Source: Clostridia bacterium (GTDB lineage Bacteria; Bacillota; Clostridia; Oscillospirales; CAG-272). From it: DNA of 64,000 nt. The first letter of the stretch is position 1. The number at the start of each line of letters is the position of its first letter. The stretch lies in contig JAFVQC010000048.1 in NCBI GenBank assembly GCA_017504995.1, positions 58,946 to 122,945 of the forward strand. Reading direction: 5' to 3'. Both the position numbers and the translations under genes were made by a program. Shown one piece after another: positions 39,122 to 45,942 of this stretch. Under the pieces are notes generated by a model that saw only the letters and a program-made list of their open reading frames with translations, was not told the origin of the DNA and ran no database searches.

Positions 39122-40843
39122 ATGAACATTATGTTTATTCTTATCCCATGTATAGCTTGTTTGATTATCGCCATTGTTGGTGTCTTCATAGCAAAAAAGC
39201 AAAATACCAAGTCAAATGAGAAATATGTTGCTTCAGAGAATGCTACTTTCACACATATTGTCACCGCCACCAGCCAAAAGCCCTCCCCCACTGCTTTTGT
39301 GATATGGCTGATAGCCACCATTGTGCTTTTGGGCGGTGCAATAACGCTCGGAATTTTCACATTACTTTGGGGAGACGATTATCAATATTACAAAGAAGAG
39401 TGCGAAGAAATAAAATCAAAAATGAGTTTGGAACAGCCTTTTGATGAGTTTGAAGAGTTTATTGCCGCATGCAAAAGCGAAGAGGTTGAAGATGGTGTCG
39501 ATTTAGCCCCTTATTGGAACAACTATGTATATGCTATGGAGCAGCGTGGATTCGATTACTTACGGTCATCCAATTGGGCTATGGAATCAAGTTCATATTA
39601 TCTGGATTGGTATGACGTGCAAGATATTGCAAAAAGCACAGGATTCATGAAGGATAAGTATGATGAATACGGAGGTTTAGTGTCTGCCAATGCAACAGAC
39701 GCTGCGTACGCAAACGCATTCGAAAACGAGCTTTTGAAGAAGCTCAACAACGTCATCCATCAAAATTTAACAAAGGAGTTAGCAGCAAAAGAGGAATACA
39801 CAGGAGAGGTTCTTCTTATTACCATCGTTGCTTTCTTTATTCCATGCGTTATCTGTCTTGCGCTTGGCATTGTTGGTATCTTTGTAACGATAAAGCAACG
39901 CAAAAAGCTGAAGGAATGGCGCGTGGCTTACGAATCTGCTATACAGGAGCGTGCTACTGCCGAGAATTTGGAAAAGCAACAATATCTTTTGAAGCTGGAA
40001 GAAATGCAGAGAAGAATTGACACTTTGGAGGGAAAAGCTCCGACGGAAGTTACTTCTCAAAGTACAATGCAAGCATCACCAAAACGAGCGGAAGATTTCC
40101 TGCGTACAACCTCGTCATCTCAACAAGATACAAGCGCGCCCACGAGTTCAAATGGCCCGAAACCTATTGAGCAATCGTCGGCGTTTACGCCACATATAGA
40201 TGTGAAAAAAAGAACTTTGCTTCAAACTCTAAGCGACATAGAAAAAGATAAAGAAGGAATTGTTAAATTTCTTTTAGCTGTGGCTTTCTTCCCTTTGAAA
40301 ACGATTCTACGAACCATAGCACTTCCTAATACATGCTCCACACTTGTTAAGGCGGATACAATGGCAAAGGAAATTGCTGCAAAAGGAAACGCATACTTAG
40401 CCGAGGGCTATGAAAACGTGAGACGCCGCGAAGCGAGGGAAGCTTACGAAAAAGCAAATACGACTCAAGAAAAGATGGAGTTTTTCTATTGTTATTTTTC
40501 TTCTGTTGAGAATTGCAAAAAGCCGACGTTGTGCGCATACATTATGACGTATATTGCCGAAAACAGTAGTCTTTTTGATAAAAACGATCCGTTACACTTA
40601 GCTTCCTATTTTGCAGATGATGTTGATAACGCCTTGTACTCATTGCTTGGATTTGATCCGCAGGAAACAACAAATGGTCGACATTACGAACATTTGCTGA
40701 GAGTAAATGACGGAGAGCGGGGCTCTGATAAGTATATTTTACAGTGTCTGATAATCGCGGCAAATGGTAGCGAAGGTGACTCGGTTCCACTCTACAAATA
40801 TGATATTCTTGGGCAAGAGTGCATGTCCGAGGATGCAGAATAA
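39122..40843 (+). CDS. hypothetical membrane protein (3 TM, coiled coil, Ser/Thr/Gln-rich linker); no domain recognised
   Basis: 573 aa. GAAGGAG RBS. TM1 and TM3 are an internal duplication: IPCIACLIIAIVGVFIAKKQ versus IPCVICLALGIVGIFVTIKQ. Confidence 0.75.
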   Translation: MNIMFILIPCIACLIIAIVGVFIAKKQNTKSNEKYVASENATFTHIVTATSQKPSPTAFVIWLIATIVLLGGAITLGIFTLLWGDDYQYYKEECEEIKSKMSLEQPFDEFEEFIAACKSEEVEDGVDLAPYWNNYVYAMEQRGFDYLRSSNWAMESSSYYLDWYDVQDIAKSTGFMKDKYDEYGGLVSANATDAAYANAFENELLKKLNNVIHQNLTKELAAKEEYTGEVLLITIVAFFIPCVICLALGIVGIFVTIKQRKKLKEWRVAYESAIQERATAENLEKQQYLLKLEEMQRRIDTLEGKAPTEVTSQSTMQASPKRAEDFLRTTSSSQQDTSAPTSSNGPKPIEQSSAFTPHIDVKKRTLLQTLSDIEKDKEGIVKFLLAVAFFPLKTILRTIALPNTCSTLVKADTMAKEIAAKGNAYLAEGYENVRRREAREAYEKANTTQEKMEFFYCYFSSVENCKKPTLCAYIMTYIAENSSLFDKNDPLHLASYFADDVDNALYSLLGFDPQETTNGRHYEHLLRVNDGERGSDKYILQCLIIAANGSEGDSVPLYKYDILGQECMSEDAE

Positions 40844-40861
40844 GAATGGAGGGATAATGAT

Positions 40862-42133
40862 ATGACAACAGAAATAAATACAATGATTCAAGAATTGGAT
40901 CGCATTGATGCTCTTTGCCATAAAAAAGATGAGTTGCAAATTGCTTTGGGGCTGGCAGATGGCGAAAAAGACAACAGAGACATAAAAGCCTTAAATAACA
41001 AAAACAAAAAAGCAAGAGCCTTTCAAACGCAGAGAAGCGCTAAACTTCCGCAACTGAATCACGGGATAAATCTTGAAGGCGACAATGCTCCGACTGCTGT
41101 TAAACCGTGGAGGGAGCCTCTCGTGCTTTTTGACAAGAAAGCAAACGCATGGATACCAAAAAAGCACTACAGCAACGACTTGATTCGTGATTTTGTCGTT
41201 TCGTGGTTATTTGTAGCATTCCTTATCGGTTTAATTGTTAGCGCGGTATTATTGGCAACCACAAGCGCCTACTCAGCATATATTATGTTTTGCATTTTCG
41301 GTTTCGGTTTTATAGCTTCCGGTATAGCATGCTTGTTGTTATACAGTTCCATAGAATTCAATGATGAGTGGGTTGAAGGCATAAAACGCAGGCATGTAGG
41401 CAAAGAGCAGTATGACGAAAAGGTGAAGGAATGGGAAGACGCGACCAAAAACTATATTTCTGAATTCTGCAAGAATGATCACGCCAATGTTATAGATACT
41501 CTTATTGCATCGGTAGAAAAATATGACAAGGATTTTCTTGGTATGGTAGCTGATTGTGAGACTACTTTAGAGGCGCTCGACGATGAATATCGTCACCAGC
41601 TTCAAGAAAGCTACTATACGTACGAGGCAGACATAGCTGCAATTAAAGCCGATATCGCGGAAAACGAAAAAGAACTAAGCGCTATCACTTTAATTCATCC
41701 CGACCTGTTCAGAAAGGCTGCAAAAATATCTGCTGTTCTTAAAATGTATCGTGCAGAGTCGTTGCCTGGGGCTATCAATATAGTTTTCGATGATGAACGT
41801 CGTGAAGCCGAGGAAGCAGAACGGAGAGCAGAAGCAGAAAGACGCGAGCGACTCTTGGAGCAACAGATTAGGGAAAACAGGTTTGCGGCAGAAGAAGCAG
41901 CACGTGAAATGCGTCAACACAACGAAGCGATGGAAAAGCAAGCGCAGGAAGCACAAAGAAAAGCGGATCTTCAAAGAGAAAGAGATAATCAAGCCGCAGA
42001 AAATCTGCTGAAGCAGAGAAAAAAGGCTGCCAGCGACAGATGCTATCATTGTGCAAATTCCTCCTGCTCCTTAAGAGTGAGATCGAGCTTCTATAACACC
42101 GGTGATGTTTGTCCTAATTACAGACCAAAGTAA
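40862..42133 (+). CDS. hypothetical membrane protein (2 TM, long Glu/Arg coiled coil, C-terminal Cys cluster); no domain recognised
   Basis: 423 aa. GGAGGG RBS 18 nt after the upstream stop. C-terminus CYHCANSSC..x17..CPNY. Confidence 0.75.
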   Translation: MTTEINTMIQELDRIDALCHKKDELQIALGLADGEKDNRDIKALNNKNKKARAFQTQRSAKLPQLNHGINLEGDNAPTAVKPWREPLVLFDKKANAWIPKKHYSNDLIRDFVVSWLFVAFLIGLIVSAVLLATTSAYSAYIMFCIFGFGFIASGIACLLLYSSIEFNDEWVEGIKRRHVGKEQYDEKVKEWEDATKNYISEFCKNDHANVIDTLIASVEKYDKDFLGMVADCETTLEALDDEYRHQLQESYYTYEADIAAIKADIAENEKELSAITLIHPDLFRKAAKISAVLKMYRAESLPGAINIVFDDERREAEEAERRAEAERRERLLEQQIRENRFAAEEAAREMRQHNEAMEKQAQEAQRKADLQRERDNQAAENLLKQRKKAASDRCYHCANSSCSLRVRSSFYNTGDVCPNYRPK

Positions 42134-42231
42134 AAGCAAACGATTTACATAAAAAACATTTACAAAACAATGTGAATTTTGAAAAGGGATTTTGACTTCT
42201 TACTTAAAAAAGCCAAAGTTCCTTTTCTGTT

Positions 42232-42942
42232 TTAAATTTGTTTGGTATGATCTTTAAGCTCTCTCTTATACTTATAATAACTATTCCTCGAACACCCACA
42301 AAGTTTGATAACATCGGGATCTTCAAGGCTACCACCGAAGTCTTTGGCGTGTTTCAATATGATAGCCTTACACTCAATAGACTTCTTGGTGGTAAGGGGT
42401 GAGCCTTTGGTAAGACCTATCTGTGTCCCATTCTTTTTAGCTTCACGGATTCCTTGACTGATTCTTGAATGAAGGTCGGTGACTTCTTTTTCGGCTTGGT
42501 CAAAAGCGGCTTTGATCTGTTCCTCTGCCAAAGCTAATATGAAATCATTAATCAATTGGATATTGCCCTTAAAGAAAGCGTCAACTGCTTGATTTCCAGT
42601 GTCGATGCTGACGTTCAGCAGTTTGCTTTTGGTGGCATCGAGAACAGATGTATTTATAAGTGGCTCGTTAAGAAAGACGAGGTTAATGCCACGCTCATAG
42701 AGCATTTTATAATCTTTATAGCCCTCTGCGCTATTACGCGCCATTCGGGAGACACTGTCGAAAACGATGGTGTCTTCCTTTTTTACTTGGGGTATGAATT
42801 TCTCCCAATGTGGACGGTTCTGTGTAGTACCTGTGTAAAATTCTTTGATGATAATTGCATTCGGGTAGATAGCGGTGATATTGGTGATCTGTCGGGCGAT
42901 TTTCTGATGTTGGGTGCTAACGCGGCAATAAGCATAGATCAT
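42232..42942 (-). CDS. small serine recombinase (resolvase/invertase family)
   Basis: MIYAYCRVSTQHQ (nucleophile Ser), ..VFDSVSRMARN.., C-terminal HTH region. Confidence 0.9.
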   Translation of the reverse strand: MIYAYCRVSTQHQKIARQITNITAIYPNAIIIKEFYTGTTQNRPHWEKFIPQVKKEDTIVFDSVSRMARNSAEGYKDYKMLYERGINLVFLNEPLINTSVLDATKSKLLNVSIDTGNQAVDAFFKGNIQLINDFILALAEEQIKAAFDQAEKEVTDLHSRISQGIREAKKNGTQIGLTKGSPLTTKKSIECKAIILKHAKDFGGSLEDPDVIKLCGCSRNSYYKYKRELKDHTKQI

Positions 42943-43110
42943 AATGTGTACTTCCTTTCAGCATTGAAACAAACTAAAGTTTCTTTTGATGCTATCATTA
43001 TGCCGTGTATTTGCTAATTGGGCACGAACTTTCGGTATAACTTTTGCGAACTTTGTTTTGGTGCTGATGTTAAAAAATATAGCCATGGCGATATGCTATA
43101 GCTATATACA

Positions 43111-43126
43111 AAGATAGATCTATCTT
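43111..43126. repeat. perfect 16-bp palindrome AAGATAGATCTATCTT
   Basis: Read directly from the sequence. It lies in the divergent region between the serine recombinase and the Rep-like gene. Confidence 0.9.
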
Positions 43127-43198
43127 AAGCTTTTTATTTCATTCAATTAATTTAGCGCTTTGTTTTGTAATATTATATGGACAAGTATAAAAACTAGT

Positions 43199-43227
43199 GC
43201 TATAATTATATAGGTAACAGTTGCAAA
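43199..43227 (+). promoter_or_regulatory. TATAAT box plus iteron-like motif ATAGGTAACAGTTGCAAA, copy 1
   Basis: TATAAT at 43199-43204. The 18-nt motif at 43210-43227 is identical to 44643-44660. It lies 25 nt upstream of the Rep-like start. Confidence 0.6.
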
Positions 43228-43251
43228 TCAAGACAGATGCGAGGGGCTATT

Positions 43252-44604
43252 ATGATATCGGTAGTGGAAATTGCGAGTAGATTGGTAGATAGAAAAGAAT
43301 ATGAGTTTAGTGTTAATAAGGTGGGCTGGGAACCTAAACGAGCTGAATCTTATACGCTACCGGCATTTCATATAACTGAGAGCAAAGCCAAAGGAGCAGA
43401 GGCAAAGCTTAGAACAAAGTTAAGTAAGGTCTTGGCGTTTATTGATACGGTGAAGCATAAGCGTTTTAAAGGCGGCTGTACCATTATGCCTATTAGTGTA
43501 ACGAACAAGGATAACTTGGCAATCTGGGGCGACAAGATGGGCGTTTCAAGAGCGATTGCTTATATGATAGAAATTGGACTGATAAGTGTCGAGAGTGATA
43601 AATATCAGTTTGGAGCTTATTATGATAAAGATAATAAGAGCAAGTCGTATTACTATTATAAAGAGAACGAGGACAAGGTCAAGGCATATTGTGAAGCGCA
43701 TGGCATTACTATGCACGTGGTTCAGAATAAGGTATATGACATGGCTGAGGTTAAAAGCGTTCCTCTGGCAATGGATAAGTCTATGGTGCGTTTTGCAACG
43801 GGACTTAAGCTGATAAGACCTGAGGACCTGAGCAAGGCGGAGTTTGAGAAGCAATTGACTTTGTGCTTATATGAGAACTACCCGGGCTTGCGGTTTCATA
43901 TCATAAAGGCGAACGAGATCAACGAGAGATATTATAAGGACTATCCGGAATTTCGGATTCGTTTTCAGCCGAATTTTACTTGGTCAGACGATGATCTGTA
44001 TGTAAGTAGGATCGGTATCAGAGCAACGAATTCCATGATCAATGTTAAGAAAGAGGTACGTAAAGAAATATTAAATGTGTATGGCTTGAACTTGGAGCAT
44101 GATATTAATGCTTCAGTGCCGCGTATGACGGCATCTTTGAACGCGGGGCGTTGGATTGATGAGGCGGAAGATATGTACGAGCTCATATTTCGTGTTATGG
44201 AGCCGAATGGCGACTTCAACCATGAAGTGCGTGAAGCAATCAAAAAGCTTCATATGCGAGCTTATTTTGACTCTGGGGACAAGCTTACAGGGCATCATAC
44301 TTGGTTGTCGATGGATCAGAGTGGCATTGATAGAGAGGACGTTTGCGATACTATGAAAGCTTTTCGTGAAGCAATTATAGAAGCTGAGGGCGGTAAGCTT
44401 TATGGGAGTGATATCTTTTACATTGAGTCATGTGTATATCTGATGACGTTATATGATCTGGTTACATCGGGGCATAAGGTGTGGCAGGTTTATGATTGCT
44501 TTTATGCGACGGGGGAAGAAGATCAAGAGTTGTTTGATTTTATGATTTCAAATGGAGTAAAGAGAAATTTTGAAGATTTCTTGTCGGTTTGGTGGAAAGT
44601 ATAG
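43252..44604 (+). CDS. hypothetical protein with an N-terminal HTH-like segment; possible replication initiator
   Basis: 450 aa from the Met at 43252 (GAGGGG RBS). ..MGVSRAIAYMIEIGLI.. is HTH-like. Flanked by repeated motifs and an AT-rich stretch. The functional call rests on context only. Confidence 0.4.
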   Translation: MISVVEIASRLVDRKEYEFSVNKVGWEPKRAESYTLPAFHITESKAKGAEAKLRTKLSKVLAFIDTVKHKRFKGGCTIMPISVTNKDNLAIWGDKMGVSRAIAYMIEIGLISVESDKYQFGAYYDKDNKSKSYYYYKENEDKVKAYCEAHGITMHVVQNKVYDMAEVKSVPLAMDKSMVRFATGLKLIRPEDLSKAEFEKQLTLCLYENYPGLRFHIIKANEINERYYKDYPEFRIRFQPNFTWSDDDLYVSRIGIRATNSMINVKKEVRKEILNVYGLNLEHDINASVPRMTASLNAGRWIDEAEDMYELIFRVMEPNGDFNHEVREAIKKLHMRAYFDSGDKLTGHHTWLSMDQSGIDREDVCDTMKAFREAIIEAEGGKLYGSDIFYIESCVYLMTLYDLVTSGHKVWQVYDCFYATGEEDQELFDFMISNGVKRNFEDFLSVWWKV

Positions 44605-44633
44605 AGATAAAAAATATAAATAATAAATATAAT

Positions 44634-44745
44634 ATATATACAATAGGTAACAGTTGCAAAAAGTGTGGCGGAAAAGATAAAAAAAGATATTTATAGTGAG
44701 AGAGATAGAAATTATATAATATATACAATAGGTAACAGTTGTAAA
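44634..44745 (+). repeat. two further iteron-like copies (23 nt identical, 85-bp period) in a very AT-rich stretch
   Basis: ATATATACAATAGGTAACAGTTG occurs at 44634-44656 and 44719-44741. Each copy is preceded by a TATAAT-like box. Confidence 0.8.
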
Positions 44746-44780
44746 AAAACAGATAATTCGGGGTGAATTATCTGTTTTTG
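44743..44780. terminator. bidirectional terminator
   Basis: ACAGATAATTC (44749-44759) / GAATTATCTGT (44765-44775), flanked by AAAAAAA and TTTT. Confidence 0.75.
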
Positions 44781-44793
44781 ACTTTATATGGGA

Positions 44794-45123
44794 TTATTTA
44801 TTGGAATAAATAATATTTATGATTTGTTTAAGTGAGTAGTCGTTTTTGATAAGGTCTATGGAATGAATAACATGAGGATATTTGGAAGGATGGGTATATG
44901 AGGTGGTAAGTATTTTAATGAGAGATTTATACGTGTTGATATTATATTTAGAGGATGTGGTGAAGTAGAAATTTAAGAATTTTTGGTAAGTATCTTCAGA
45001 CATGAAGAAATTACAATGGATATTGAGTTGTTGGTAGACGAAGAAGAGGAGATCGAGTTGATTGATAGTTAGGGTATCGATTTGAGTTTGAATGAACGTG
45101 GACGAATAAATTTTACTTTTCAT
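44794..45123 (-). CDS. hypothetical small protein (109 aa), paralog of 45289-45666
   Basis: AT-rich codon usage. It has its own promoter and terminator. Shares DL(L/F)xF(V/F)Y..LN.H.N......FL.. and ..(I/V)IN..Y with its neighbour. Confidence 0.6.
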   Translation of the reverse strand: MKSKIYSSTFIQTQIDTLTINQLDLLFFVYQQLNIHCNFFMSEDTYQKFLNFYFTTSSKYNINTYKSLIKILTTSYTHPSKYPHVIHSIDLIKNDYSLKQIINIIYSNK

Positions 45124-45156
45124 AATATAAAATTCCTTTCATTTAAAATATTTTAT

Positions 45157-45184
45157 ATTATAAAATACAGTTTTATTTTGTAAA
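45157..45184 (-). promoter_or_regulatory. putative promoter of the 109-aa ORF
   Basis: On the minus strand: TTTACA (45184-45179), 16-nt spacer, TATAAT (45162-45157). Confidence 0.5.
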
Positions 45185-45210
45185 ATCTAATCGTTTTACG
45201 AAAAAAGGTC

Positions 45211-45250
45211 GAAAATTGAAAAAGCTGATGATCCATACCGGACCATCAGC
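45211..45250 (-). terminator. intrinsic terminator of the 125-aa ORF
   Basis: Minus strand GCTGATGGTCC..GGATCATCAGC (one mismatch) followed by TTTTTCAATTTTC. Confidence 0.7.
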
Positions 45251-45288
45251 CTTTGTTATTGATATTTTGTGCTATCAATATATCTTAA

Positions 45289-45666
45289 TCAGAATACGTC
45301 GTAGCCGAAAGCGTCTACGTTAGCGTAGTAGTTGTTGATTACTTCATCAATCGTAAATTTCTTTTTGAGCAGTAGCGTTGCAGTCAGCAGACTCATATGG
45401 TCAAAGCAATATTTTGTCAGATTTTCAATCAGTTCCTTTCTAAATGCTTTGTCCTCATGATGCCTGAATGGGTTGCTGTTAAAAGCCTCAAGGAACTCAT
45501 TGAACTTGTCATTGTAGATCATATTTCCGTGCTGGCAGTTCAGCTTATAGAAAAAGATAAATAAGTCGTGTAGCCCGGAGTCACTCATGGTTTCCAGTTC
45601 TTTAATCAATGTTTCTGTTGTTTTGTTAATAGGGGTATTTGTATTTTCAATATTTGCCATAATCAT
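45289..45666 (-). CDS. hypothetical small protein (125 aa), paralog of 44794-45123
   Basis: ORF in the track; no domain recognised. See the paralogy evidence above. Confidence 0.6.
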   Translation of the reverse strand: MIMANIENTNTPINKTTETLIKELETMSDSGLHDLFIFFYKLNCQHGNMIYNDKFNEFLEAFNSNPFRHHEDKAFRKELIENLTKYCFDHMSLLTATLLLKKKFTIDEVINNYYANVDAFGYDVF

Positions 45667-45729
45667 TCTTCTTTCTATCTGTAATCATTAGAACCGCAAC
45701 AGAGCACAAATTATTGCCGTTCGTATAAT

Positions 45730-45867
45730 TTAGCAGATATTTGAAGAATCGGTGGTAGGTAAAAGCACCTCAATAGCAATCCTCGCTCCAAGCCGAAAGG
45801 CATAGACGAAGACCTCACGTTCGTTGATCTCCGTCAGTTTGTCGTAGTAATGATTGAAATAAATGTC
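45730..45867 (-). pseudogene. 5'-truncated gene remnant (45 codons, no start codon)
   Basis: Locally GC-richer patch. The minus frame reads DIYFNHYYDKLTEINEREVFVYAFRLGARIAIEVLLPTTDSSNIC-stop, with an in-frame TAA immediately upstream. Confidence 0.35.
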
Positions 45868-45896
45868 TTAAGCTAATATATTTACATATAAATATA

Positions 45897-45928
45897 AATA
45901 GCTAGGTGCGAAAACACCTAGCTATTTA
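45897..45928 (-). terminator. hairpin terminator after the SIR2-NTPase gene
   Basis: AAATAGCTAGGTG / CACCTAGCTATTT 13-bp stem, 15 nt past the stop codon. Confidence 0.65.
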
Positions 45929-45942
45929 TAAACATATTTTTA

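Noticed and set aside
40600-40630. YFADD in the 573-aa protein as a reverse-transcriptase YxDD motif
   Set aside because: It is an isolated tetrapeptide in a region with no other polymerase motifs, so it is probably chance.
42181-42227. Terminator hairpin between the convergent 423-aa gene and the serine recombinase gene
   Set aside because: Only a 7-bp perfect stem with an imperfect extension and a long loop. This is too weak to call.
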